From: Mobula hypostoma
Taxonomy: Eukaryota
NCBI RefSeq assembly: GCF_963921235.1
Contig: NC_086097.1
Location: 22,136,001-22,200,000, forward strand
Direction: 5' to 3'
DNA length: 64,000 bases
Shown here: piece by piece, positions 24,588-36,783 of the stretch
How the letters are laid out: each line of letters begins with the position of its first letter
How positions within the stretch are numbered: the first letter of the stretch is position 1
Made by a program: the position numbers and the translations under genes
The notes under the pieces: model-generated
The model's database searches: none
What the model saw: only the letters and a program-made list of their open reading frames with translations
Told to the model about the DNA's origin: nothing

Positions 24588-25259
24588 ACTGGAGCACTTG
24601 GAGGAAACGCGTGCAGTCACAAGGAGGACATACAAACTCTTCACAGACAGTGGTGGGAATCGAATCCCGATGACATATGACATTGTACCTGCCATTCCTA
24701 CTGTAGCTCTTAACATAAAATGCATGCAAGTTTTCCCTAAAGTACTGAGGCTGTCTGCTGCCATGGTGATGCCTGACGGTATGTGTTTTCCTTTTGTTAT
24801 CTGGTTAAAACAGAAGTTGCAGGATATGAAATCGGGATTTCATTCCCCCCCCACCCTACCCTAGAGAGTCAATTCTATCTTCTCAGGACGTTTGATTTAA
24901 ATCCCTGAAGGGTAAACATTTATTTAAACCAAAAGTCAGTTTAGGACAGAATTAATGTGGATGTGGAAAAATAGAACAGAGCTTAAGATTTTCTTGATGA
25001 ATTACTCAACCAAAAGCCACTTAAGAAAGGACAGTTTTACAATCTAGGAATTATAAACCCTGGACTTTGTTCTAGGCTGATTGCATATGCAGAGTTTCAA
25101 AGGAATGATTTAACCAGGAGTTGTCTGCAGAGCAAAGGAAAGGGAAGAGTGCCCGACAGTTCATGTCCTTTCACGCCACAAAGCACTGTATCCCCAATAC
25201 AGTCCGCGACGTCATGTTGGAAAGCTGGGAGTCACATTTGCACAGCACAATCCCAGATG

Positions 25260-25465
25260 GAGCATCACGGTAGTGTAGCGGTTAGCGTAACACTACTAAA
25301 GCATCAGCGACCTAGGTTCAATTCTTGCTGCTGTATGCAAGGAGTTTGTACACTTTCCCATGACTGCATAGGATTCTTCCAGGATCCCTGGTTTCTTCCC
25401 ACATTCCAAAGATGTGTGGGTCACGTGGGTGCAATTGGGTGGCATGAGCTAGTAGGCCAGAATCT
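25260..25465 (+). mobile_element. tRNA-derived V-SINE-like (HE1-like) SINE
   Basis: A box TAGTGTAGCGG, B box GGTTCAATTC, then GGAGTTTGTAC...GGTTTCTTCCCACATTCCAAAGA core. Confidence 0.75.
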
Positions 25466-27131
25466 CTAAGTAATTATCTCTCTCTCTCTCTCTCTCTCTA
25501 TGACAATTGGATAATCTATTCTCATGGTAACGTTTATTGGTCATAGACCCATAGAGTTACAGCATGTGCGAACAGGACTTTCAGCAGAACATATCCAAAC
25601 CGACCAAGCTGTCAATCTGAATTGTTCCATCTGCTTGAGCTTGGCCAATATTCCTCTGTACCTTTTCTATAAATGCACCTGTCCAAATATCTATGAAGCA
25701 TTATACCTGTCTTTCTGCTTCCTCAGATAGCTTATTTCATATAGCCACCTCCCTCTGTGTGAAAACTTTGCCACTCTCTTCCTTTAAGACCTTTCAGATT
25801 CAGATTTATCTATCAAATGCACATCAAAACATACAGTGAAATGCATTGTTTGTGTTAACAGCGAACACACCCCGGGGTGTGCCAGGGACAACCCACAAGT
25901 GTTTCCACACATTCTGGCACCAATTCTGCACTCACTTTAAACCTACACCCCCCTAATTTATTTAGAGACACAGTGAAGAACAGGCCCTTTGGCTCAACGA
26001 GCTGCACCGTTCAGTGACCAACCCACTTAACCCAAGTTTAATCACAGGACGTTTTACAATAACTAGTTAACCTACTGATGGATACATCTTTGGGCTGTGG
26101 GAGGAAACTGGAACACCTAATGGAAACCCATGTGATGATGGGGAGGACATTCATACTTCTTACAGATGGTGTCAGAGTTGAGCTCAAACTCCACTACCCC
26201 AAGCTACAATAGTGTCACAATAACCACTAGGCTACTGCAGTGGCCTGTTTTAGTCTACCCTACTTTGGGGAAAATATATATGTGATGTTTAACTTGCTTT
26301 TCCTCAGAACAATCCCATGAGACTGTTCCAATACAGGAGAAAATATAGGAACTATTATTAGGGTGCATTCACTTAATGGAGAGCATCTGTACATGACTTG
26401 TTTAAGGTGCAAAGGCTGATGCACAGATCATGGTCAGGGTCCAGTGACATTGGTCCACTGGGGACCATTCACTCCTGCAGCCTTCCTCTGCCTTCACTCC
26501 ATTGTGATGTGTCATCATCTTCTGCCAGCTCCACCGTTGAGGTCTTGGTTGAATCACTCATTGCCCAGAACCTCCGCCTTGACCTCACTGCCATTGGCGA
26601 CCCTACTGGGAGCCGGGTGCCGGATGGCACAAACTCCAGACAGCACTGCTATCGGGACCTCAGGAACTCACCAGCCTCTCCGCCATAACAAGGTGACGGT
26701 CCCTGGAGAAGGAGGTTCAGGAAATACAAAGCAAGCAGTGCATGATGATAGGAGGCTTAGACAGAGTGGACAGCCAGATACTTCTTTCCAGGGTGGAAAT
26801 GGCTGACGTGAGGGGGCATAATTTTAAGGTGACTGGGGGAAAATATACGAGGAATGTCAGAAGCAAAGATTGCCCTGCTGGGGGGTGGTGGTTGAGGCAG
26901 ACACTTTAGGTACATTTAAGAAAATCTTGGATAGGTACATGGTTGATAGAAAAATTGAGGAATTGAAGGAAAGGCTTAGATTGACCTTAGAGTAGGTTTA
27001 AAGATTGGCACAAGATTGCAGGCAAAGGGCATGAATTGTACTGTACTGTTCCATATCCTATGTCCTTCCTTATATTGATTATGCCATTGAGCCAGTACAT
27101 GTTCTCCCATTAAACAATACACCTATAAAAG

Positions 27132-27716
27132 TGTAACACTGTAAGATTTCACTGCTAATGTAATGGCTTCTCTGTAATGTTCTACTGCTAAGGTAATGGT
27201 GTCGCTGTAGCAGCAATGTTTGGGTTATGACCAGAGATAATGGGGCGTGTTAGCAAATGAGTGGGATGTTGTTCTTTCTTGTGTGTCTGGGAGCCAGGAA
27301 TTCACAGTCTTTTGCCAGGGAGAGATGAGGAGAGAAGACATGAATGGAGAGAGTTGGTGGACTGCCAGACAGAAAGGACTTGGAGCGAGGGTCCAAAGGT
27401 CAGTGATGATAGGAGGAGGTCGATGGTGAACGAACGTCCCTATCAGTGATTTCCAACATTGCACATTAAACTGTTTCATGAGAATGGATCCCTTTTCTTT
27501 TTTTGTTTTCTTTATTCACCATATAGTCAAATTAAGAATTATAAAGCTCATCATTTAATGGCGTATTGTGTACTGTTTGTTATTTCGTGGTACTGATTTG
27601 TAACAGGGGACATATTGCGCAGCACCCACCCAAACGAGATTTCTTAAGTTTGGCCGGGCTGGGGGGGAGGTGCTGTCATCCCCTATATTAAGCCGCTAGC
27701 CGAAGTGCGAGTTACA
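27132..27716. mobile_element. Solo LTR (585 bp)
   Basis: Perfect TGTAAC...GTTACA termini. Flanks AAAG / GAAG (4-bp TSD, one mismatch). Confidence 0.75.
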
Positions 27717-28394
27717 GAAGTTTGAGAGGATCCAGGACCCAGTCCCTCAGTGTCTGGTGACTCTAGAATGTGGTCACTTCCCACAAAGAGATTCTTAAAT
27801 AGGTACATGAAAAAAATGGAGGACTATGTGAGAGGAAAAGGTTAGGTTGGTGTTAGAGTGGGTTAAAAGGTCAGCATGACATTGTGGGCTGAAGGTCTTC
27901 CACTGAGCTGTAATGTTCTATGTTCCACAGTATGCCCTAAAACTTTTGTAATGGCTGTCAACACTGAGGAGTATTTCTGATGACATGCTTGATCTTCTTA
28001 TCGCAATGTCTTTGCAAGAGTGTTGAATGGATTCGAATGTTTGCTCCTTTAATCTAGGGCAGATTAGGTAAGTGAATCTCACAGATAACCCCAAGGTAAT
28101 GTTCGCCTTTTTGAATTGTCAGCACAAGCTATTAGCAATGCTAATAATGAGCAGATATTGTCCAGATGTACAGAGCAAATTCTAAGCAAGCCCAGGACAG
28201 CCTGGGCTTGTCGAATCTGAAGGGTCCCTGGGAAAAGGATGAACTACCTGGAGCTTTCATAGAATTTAAACAGTGGCTGAAGTCCAGTCGGTAAAATGCC
28301 AAGAATGAAAAGGGTAAAAACAAGAGAAAGTCCACTAGTGCAACGAAGAGGTCAAAGAAATATTATTTTGAGATCTGAAAAGAAGTTAACACTT

Positions 28395-29265
28395 CAGGGT
28401 GCAGAAAAGATGCTGCCTGGATTAAAGGGCATGTCTTATGAGGATAGATTTAGTGAGATAGGCGTGTGGCCAAGTGGTTAAGGCATCGGTCCAGTGATCT
28501 GAAGGTTGCTGGTTCGAGCCTCAGCTGAGGTAACGTGCTGTGTCCTTGAGCAAGGCACTTAACCACACATTGCTCTGCGATGACATCGGTGCCAAGCTGT
28601 ATCCGTCCTAATGCCCTTCCCTTGGACAACATCGGTGTCGTGGAGAGGGAAGACTTGCAGCATGGGCAACTGCCGGTCTTCCATACAACCTTGCCTAGGC
28701 CTGCACCCTGGAAACCTCCCAAAGTGCAAATCCATGGTCTCACGAGACTAACGGATGCCTATAAAAAAAGAAAGTGAGATAGGGCTTTCCTCTTTGGAGT
28801 GAAAGAGAATGCAAGGTGACTTGATAGAGGTGTACAAGGTGATAAGAGGCATAGTTAAAGTGGACAGCCAGTGACTTTTTCCCAGGGCAGAAATGGCTAA
28901 TGGAAGAGGTCATAATTTTGAAGTGATTGGAAAAATGTATGGAGGAGATAAACCAGCAAAGATGGAATGGTGGAGCAAACTTCAGGCCCAAATGACCTAA
29001 TTCAGCTCCCAAGTCTTGTTGTCTTATGTGAGTGGTAGGTTCTTTACATAGAGAGTGGTGCGTGCATGGAACACCCTGTCAGGGGTGATGGTAGAGGCAC
29101 GTACATTAGGGATATTTAAGAAAGTTTTAGATAGGCAGATGGATGATAGAAAAATGGAGGGCTATGTTGGAGGGAAGGTACAGATTGATTTTAGCGTAGG
29201 TTAAAAGGTTGGCATATCATGGGCTGAAGGGCCTGTACTGTGCTGTAGTGTTCCATGTACTATGT
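28395..29265 (+). mobile_element. CR1 3' fragment split by a SINE
   Basis: MLPGLKGMSYEDRFSE...GDLIEVYK, followed by the CR1 3' UTR GGGCTGAAGGGCCTGTACTGTGCTGTA. Confidence 0.8.
28461..28772 (+). mobile_element. Full-length tRNA-derived SINE with CORE-like domain
   Basis: A box TGGCCAAGTGG, B box GGTTCGAGCC, CORE-like GTGTCCTTGAGCAAGGCACTTAACC and A-rich tail. TSD AGTGAGATA(GG) at 28452 and 28773. Confidence 0.85.
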
Positions 29266-32200
29266 TTAACAAATCTAAACAAGACTTCAACGGTGCAAAC
29301 TCTAGAATTACAAACCCAACAACTTTATGTGATAACTTCACCAGAAAGAATGTGATTTCCCCCTCTTGGGTAGTTATACATGGGCAACAAATGTTGGCCT
29401 TCCAGTAACTCTTGAGTCCCAGAACAACAGGCATGATGGGCTGAATGGCCTACTGTTCATATGATTATGATGACCTGATGACCAGTCCTGATAAAAGGTT
29501 TTGGCCGAAACGTCAACGACTTATTTCTCTCCATTGATGCTGTCTGACCTGCTGAGTTCCTCCAGCATTTTGTGTTTGCTACTCCAGTATTCACTCTGCC
29601 ATGGAAATTCCCGCGTGAGCGGAGGAGGGTTGGGCATGTTGCTAGCAACCACATCCCCTAATGGTTCAAAAGGGTCAAAGGTTCATTTTGTTATCAAAGT
29701 ATGCCTGCGGAGTACAACTCTGAGATTCGTCTTCTCTAAATATCCATGAAATACAGAAAATAAATAGAGGTAATTGAAAGAAGAGACATCAAACTGCGCC
29801 CCCACCACATGAAAAGAAAGAGAAAAAAAAGCACATTAAAAATCTTTTACGTAATAACATCATCACATCAAACCAGCTGCTTAAAGCGAAACCCCAACTC
29901 AACATTGGTGGTTGCGAATTAGATACATTTGTCCCAATTAGGTTACCTTACAGAGGTCCCCCGAGAATTCACTAAAACTGACATGGTGAGCCTGTCTGGA
30001 GCTTGGACGAGTTGCCCGACTCGGACCCTGTGTTCCATGGGTGGGGGAACCGCAGGTGCCTCTGGCTCATCCAGAAGTGCGTTGACACGCTCATGGTCAT
30101 GTTGTGACAGCAGGGGCATGGCAGCAGAGTACTTCAAATCTTGGTGGGCCGGTTTAAAGTGATCCACCAAAATAACTTTCAGGTTTACCCCTCCTATCTG
30201 TGATATAAGTCTTTCTCCCCATTCCAAAATGCGCAATAGGCCATTGTAAGGGTGCCTAAGGGGATGTTGGTGTGCGTAATGCTGGAAGAAAACAGACAAG
30301 ACAGAATGTGGGTCAACAGGAACCCGAGAATACTGTACAGTATGATGGGAGGTAGGAACAGGTGAAAAAGAATCGGATTTACTGAGGAGGGTGGAAAGTT
30401 GTTGAGAGCCAACCTGGCAGTTATGGTGTCAGGAAAGAAATCTCCTGGCACTCATAAGAGCTACCCAGATACCAACTCAGCCCTGGACCACTGCAGGTCC
30501 TCCTTTGCAGCTGTTCTGAACCCCAGCAGAACCCATGGGAGCCAAACATGCCAATACTCGTCCATCAGGGAAGTGCACAGAGTACCCTTTAAGGAGCGGT
30601 AAAACTGCTCACATAGGCCATTGGACTATGGGTGATACACCGTGGTGTGATGTATCTTAACGCTTATGTTCTGGGCTATCACAGCCCAGAGGTCTGAATC
30701 GGGGGCCGCGGTCAGAGGAAATACCAGATGTGGCGCCAAACAAAGTAACCCAGTTGCTGATGAACACCCAAACCATGTCTGCGGCTGTCGTTGACTATAG
30801 TGGGACGACCTCTAGCCATCTGGTAGTATGTTAATAGTCATAGTCATACTTTATAGATCCTGGGGGAAATTGGTTTTCGTTCCACCATGGTAAGAAGGTA
30901 CAGGAGTCGTGGGAGGGGAGATAAGGACCAACAAGGTCCACATTGACATGGTCAAACTGTCGCTCAGGGACCTCAAAAGGTGCCAATAGCGCCTGAATAT
31001 GACGGTTAATTTTTGTCTGCTAGCACTCGACACGGGCTCCTTTCTGAGGCCGTGCCAAACAAACTTTAGTACAACCAGTTTCTGTGAGGCCTTCCAGCCT
31101 GAACGTGAGAAGCAATGTATTGAGTTGAAAACTGTCCATCTCCAGTTTGCGGGCACAATGGGGTAATGGGTGACCAGTTGAGATATCGTACTGGACAGAA
31201 ACCCCAGCTTCCCTGAAATTAGAATGAGCCAACCGCAGGCCTGTGACTGCTGATCGTTATGCCTGGACCTCTGGGTCAGTAGTCTGGTTGGCTGCCATGC
31301 CGGCGTAGACAACCCCTATGTGTACGGCCTCAACGGCTGGCCATGAGAGGCAATTAGCCATGGCATTATCTTTCCCCTTGATATGCTGTATATCAGTTGT
31401 GAACTCAGATACCTAGGCCCAGTGGCATTGCTGCCGTGCAGACCAAAAAGTCTGATATTTAGGTCATTGCGTGCACGAAAGGTTTGGGGTCAATGAACGC
31501 TGTGAAAAAGTGACTCTCTAGAAGAAAGCGAAAATGGTGGACAGCCGGATAGAGACCGAGAAGCTCAAGGTCAAACGTGCTGAACTTCCTTTCGGGGTGA
31601 TGGAGCTGCCGACTGAAGAAGGTGAGTGGCTGGCACACACCTCCAACCAACTGTTTATGCACAGCACCCACAGCACAGTCCGACGGGTCAGTAGTAATGG
31701 CTACAGGTGCATTGGGGAGTAGATGCACCAGGAGGGTCCCGTTGGAAAGAGCTTGTTTGGATCATTAAATGCCCTGGTTATGTCTGCTGACCAGTCAAGC
31801 ACGTGCTTAGGGGTATCACCTTTAACTGCTCTATAGAGGGGGAGCATAAGTTCAGCAGTCTGTGCAATAAAGTGGTGATAGAAATTGCTTATGCCTAACA
31901 ACTCCCGTAGTATTTTTTTGGTAGTGTGGGACAGTCGGAAATCCATAGTAGCAGCTACTTTTGATGGGAGGGGTTTCACATCTTCTGCGGAGATGCGATG
32001 GCCAAGAAAGTCAATGGTTGACAACCCAAGCTACCATTGAAGAGCGTTAATTATCAACCCGTGTTCGAGAAGTGTGTGGAGATGAATACGTGTTCAGATT
32101 TGGATGCACTGGTGACAGATATATAATCCAGGTAAACGAAAAGAATATCTATGTCTTTTAATACAGAGTCCGTCAGCTGTTGGAAAGTCCGTGTTGCATC

Positions 32201-33330
32201 TTTCAGTCCACACAGCATGCACAGAAACTCAAAAATGCCAAATGATGTTATCACAGCCATTTTGGGTATGTCCTCCAGCACACAGGCATCTGATGGTAGC
32301 CCCTAACTAGATAGACTTTGGAAAAAAATAACTTTCTGGCTAAATGTGCCGAAAACTCTTGAATGTGCTGGACTGCATGACGATTGGGAGTGGTGGCCTC
32401 TTTAAGGCATTGGTAATCACCACATGGGCGGCAGTCACCATCGGACTTAGGGGCCATATGGAGGGCTGAAGCCCAGGGGCTACTCATCTGGAATACAATT
32501 CTGAGTCTTCCCATGTTTGTAAACTCAGCTTTTGTGGTTCCAGTCTACGTGCATGGGCATGGCCTGGCGGGCCAGTTGTGGGAACGTGGTTCTCGACCAC
32601 ATGCTTTGTGACTGTAATGGAGAATGTGGGCTTGGTGAGGTCTGGGAATTGCCCAGCAGTCGAGTAAACTGACAAGCAGTGGTGCACGCACTTGACAGAG
32701 TCATTGTGGGGAACTTACTGGAGAAGCAGAGTAACGACCCAAAGTTCTTGACATCCACAAGACACAGTTCTCAAGATTGACTAACGGTCCTTGGGCACAC
32801 AGGAAATCTACATCATGCAGAGGTCTAGCCACTTTAACCAGGATGAAGTCCCACGTGTAACATCCCCCGCAGAAGCAGAAGTTCATCCTCCACGTCCCAT
32901 AAGTCTGGACCTTGCTGCTGTTAGCGGCCTCCAGCGAGGTTTCGTTACTCGTTGCCTTCTCATTAATAGGCAATGCTGGCAACACACTCACTCGAGCACC
33001 CGTGTCACACAGGAAGTGTCTGTAATAAACAGTAGACAACCCTGGCAGCTGGAACCCGTGGTGTTCACAGATCTCTGATGTCCTGCTGCACTGGCATTGT
33101 TGAAGCTGCAAGGTGGTCGGCACCTACTAGATTCCCTACCAAAGCAGGCTTGATAAAAGCATAGGCCTGGTGTCATCTGTTTCGCAGCCATGGGGTCCTT
33201 GCTGACCGGGGTTGTTGAGGTAGAGAAAGGAGGAGGGATGGTAGTGTAGCCTACCAGCCATTTTAGCAAGCTCCCTATAGCCCATCACAGGTGCATTAGC
33301 AAATGCTATGTGAACTTGGTCAGGCACTTG

Positions 33331-33538
33331 GAACGCAGCAGGCCAGGTAGCATCTATAGGAAGAGGTACAGTAAACGTTTCGGGCCGAGACCCTTCGTTA
33401 GTCCTGACGAAGGGTCTCGGCCCGAAATGTCGACTGTACCTCTTCCTATAGATGCTGCCTGGCCTGCTGCGTTCCACCAGCATTTTTTTGTGTGTGTTGC
33501 TTGAATTTCCAGCATCTGCAGATTTCCTCGTGTTTGCG
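33331..33538. mobile_element. Palindromic Penelope-derived mini-element with back-to-back hammerhead-like motifs
   Basis: 15-bp TSD TTGGTCAGGCACTTG (33316-33330) / TTGATCAGGCACTTG (33539-33553). Near-perfect hairpin centred at ~33402. Confidence 0.88.
33400..33435 (+). ncRNA. Candidate minimal type I hammerhead ribozyme (PLE-type)
   Basis: AGTC-CTGACGA-A-GGGTCTCGGCCC-GAAA-TGTC-GACT: stem I AGTC/GACT, CUGANGA and GAAA core, GUC cleavage triplet. Confidence 0.65.
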
Positions 33539-33997
33539 TTGATCAGGCACTTGCTGCATGAGGAGATCTTTAAAAATAGAACAAGGATGGTGATTTCCCA
33601 GTAGAGACAGTGTGTGGCCCATTAGCTCTGAAGGCTTACCATTACCGAAAACGGGCAAGGAAAGCAACTGTTTGGCATGCTCAGACCAAAATCCGTAAAA
33701 GGTGAGTTCTCAGCAATCGGTATTTATCGTGTTCAAGCGGCCGTTCTAGTAGATTCGCCACTCTCACAGCAATGGAGTTGCTGAGCGACGCTATCACAGA
33801 AAAATATTTAGTATTGTCGGCAGAGATTTCTCGCAGAGTGAACTGGGCCTCCGCTTGTATGAACCAAGTGACGGCATTTTGCTTCCAAAATCCAGGGAGC
33901 AAAATTCTTGCTTGCACCACGCCCCATATGTTTCAGTCTCAGGATTGCAACAACCAGTCCCAGAGGCATGTGTAACAGCACCTGCCACATCTCTTCC

Positions 33998-34240
33998 TGG
34001 GCGTTACGGTCGTGTAGCGGTTAGCACAGCACCTTACAGTGCCAGCTGTGAGATCAGGGTTCCATTTTCATTACTGCCTATAAAGAATTTGTATATTCTC
34101 CCTGTGACCAAGCTAGTTCCTCTGGGTGCTCTGGTTTCCTCCCACATTCCAAAGACATACAGTTAATGTTAGTGAGTTGTGAGTGTGTTATGTTGACGCC
34201 AGCAGTGTGACAACACTTGTGGGCTGCTCAACACCATGCT
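33998..34240 (+). mobile_element. tRNA-derived V-SINE-like SINE
   Basis: GTGTAGCGGTTAGC...GGGTTCCATT...GGGTGCTCTGGTTTCCTCCCACATTCCAAAGAC. Confidence 0.7.
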
Positions 34241-35729
34241 AATTGATTAGATTTATATCAACAATTCATTTCAAGACTCAAGATTGCTTAATGTCATTTC
34301 CAGTACAGAAATGTAAAGGAAAACAAAATAATTGTTCCTCTGGAACTGATGCTCTACAAAAAAAAAGACACAGTAAGATAAAGAACACAATAATAAAAAA
34401 GCACAATAAATATAAATACATAAGACAGATCGATAGAATACATAGATTGATTGTATGTGATAGGGCATGTTCTGAAGTTAGGGTATATAGCAAATATTAA
34501 CTTCAGCAACCAATCTTTAGAGCTGAAGGTGAATTGTAGATTAAATTTAAAATGGAGCCCTAGGCAATAGTTTCCTGGAGCTATGGACACCAGTTAACTG
34601 AAAACGAGAAAATACTGATTAATGTTCATTTAGGGAGTCTGGAGTGTGGGTGTGAAGAAGGAATTGTGAAAATTATATGTAATTCAAATAAATTAAGAGC
34701 TACGGGGAAAAGGCAGGCAGGTGGAGATGAGTCCATGGCCAGATCAGCCATGATCTTATTGAATGGCGGAGCAGACTCGATGGGCCAGATGGCTACTCCT
34801 GCTCCTATTTCTTATGTTGCTTGCGAAACATTGTAGAGACATTGTAAATATGGAATTGTCCTGCTGCTAAGCAAATAAAATGTCATGTAATATTAGGTCA
34901 AACAGGCCTCTTCCTCCGAAAGTGTCTCATTTTGTTGAATAAAACACTTCTTTATCAACTAACTTCAAAGACTCTCTGGTGACTTTGCTCACGTTATAGC
35001 AATATGTCCATAAAGTGATGCCAGGCACGAGTGTTTGTATATCAGGCTCCGACAGGAAATGATAAAGTAGTGGCTCTGGGGGTGGGGGGGTTGTTGTGGA
35101 GGGGTGGGTAACTATGTTTCAAAGTACATGTGACAAATAAAGCTGAATCTTTATCTTTATCTTCAAACTATATCCAGGCTATTTCAAATACTTTACAGCC
35201 GATGGTCCATTTCCAGGATCCGTTGTCAATCTGCATAGTAAGCTCCCAAAAATGACAAATAATAAGCTTACGTTAATTGTGGTTTATATACAATACAGGG
35301 CCAGGATATAAATAATTTAATAAAAATTGCAACAGCAGCAGCTCAAAATATTGCAAACATAAATTGAAAAAGCTAAAAATTAATATAAATTATACATGAT
35401 TTACACAACTAAGTAAACAAAAATAAACATGATTTATATATATATATATATTTAGATTTTTTTACACAGAGAGTAGTAGATGCATGGAACGTGTTGCTAG
35501 GGTTGATGGGAGAGAGAGATATATTAAGGATGTTTAAGAGACTGAAGGGTCTGGGTACATGGAAGAAAGAAAATATGGAGAACTATGTGAAAGGAAAGTA
35601 TAAGATTGATTTTGGAGAGGTTGAAACATACGGGCCAAAATGCCTGTCCTGTGCTGTCCTGCTCTATCTTTGATGTTTCATGATGACATGAGTGACATTG
35701 AGGGAAATATAGTTCGAGGTAGAATTATG

Positions 35730-36035
35730 TTTTTTTCAGCTCAGTTCTGGAACCTGATGGCAGTGGGGAAGAAGCTGTATGACCTTGAGGCCTGGGTCTT
35801 CAGGCTCCTGTACATTCTGTCTGATGGCAGCATCAAGAAGAGAGCATGACCCAGATGGTGGCGATCATAAATGATGGACGTTGCCCCCCTGACAAATCGC
35901 CTCTTGTAGATGCCCTCAGCGGTGAAGAGAGCTGTACTTGTGGTAAACCTGGCTGAGTTTACTAATCTCTGAACCTGTGTTCCTGTGCGTTGGAGTTTCA
36001 ATACCAAACCACGGTTCAGCCGGTCAGAATGCTAT
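35730..36035 (-). mobile_element. Rex1/Babar-like LINE 3' fragment
   Basis: IIYDRHHLGHALFLMLPSDRMYRSLKT...SFFPTAIRF. Confidence 0.7.
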
Positions 36036-36783
36036 GATTACTAATGTTTGTTGTGCAGTTGGGTAAATATATGCCAGGGTAATCGAGACAAGGTAATGCC
36101 AAGAGACCTTATTTGTCCAACTGCAAGTTCCAGGCATTATTTCCAAAATGTAGAATCACTGTCAATGCAGTGTTCACCTGTGGAGTGGGGCTTGAACTTA
36201 TAGCCCTACAGTTTCAGCTGCAGAAATTCCATATTGCTCCTCCTACAGTGCCACCTTGATCCCATAGCTCTCAAAGAAGGCATACTGTAAGTATGAGGTG
36301 TGAAATATTTCAACTTTCACCCTTAACCCAAAACAGTTAGTTCCAGTCTCCCCCTCCCCATTCCCCTACATTCTAGGCAATAAAGTCTTAACCTCTTCAA
36401 ACTCTCCCTGTAGCTAAAGTCTGCAAGACCTGGCAACGTCCTTGTAATGTGAATTTAGAGTGTTCACACATCAACCTTACAGAATGTCTATGGAGGGCTC
36501 CGGGGATCCGGGTGGCTCTGTAGGGGGATCGGTGTGTTAACATGCTAACTTCACATTACAAGGATGTTGCTGGGTCATGAGGAGCTTAGCTAGAGGGAAA
36601 GATTGAACAGGTTTATTCTCTAGAGTGCAGGAGAAAGAGGGGAGATTTGATAGAGGTATGCAGAATTATGAGGGGTATAGATAAGTTAAATACAAGCAGG
36701 CTTTTTCCACTGAGTTTGAGTGAGATTAGAAATAGAGGTCATTGGTTAAGGGTGAAAGGTGACATGCTTAGGGAGAACATGAG

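Larger units (their letters stand above)
29845..33960 (-). mobile_element. Gypsy LTR retrotransposon, second family (gag-pro-RT-RH-IN decayed; partial 3' LTR)
   Basis: Gag LPGFWKQNAVTWFIQAEAQF; protease FLCDTGA; RT SPWASALHM/RPCGDY/LVRGYHQ/FVYLDYI/IDFLGH; RNase H TTDPSDCAVGAV/STFDLELL; integrase tail VDHFKPAH. PPT GGGGGACCTC then TGTAAG LTR start at 29952. Confidence 0.88.

Noticed and set aside
22866..24764. 632-aa ORF as a host or domesticated gene
   Set aside because: It is a 5'-truncated CR1 ORF2. The first ~60 codons are chance read-through from SINE and flanking DNA, and the C-terminus is frameshifted.
28058..28067. 10-nt microexon (TTTAATCTAG|GGCAGATTAG|GTAAGT)
   Set aside because: Good splice-like signals but frame-shifting length and no other support
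28187..28210. Hairpin CAAGCCCAGG-ACAG-CCTGGGCTTG
   Set aside because: A single 10-bp stem with no associated feature; can occur by chance in 64 kb
28461..28535. tRNA gene
   Set aside because: The tRNA-like head continues into a SINE body with a tail and TSD, and no complete cloverleaf is evident
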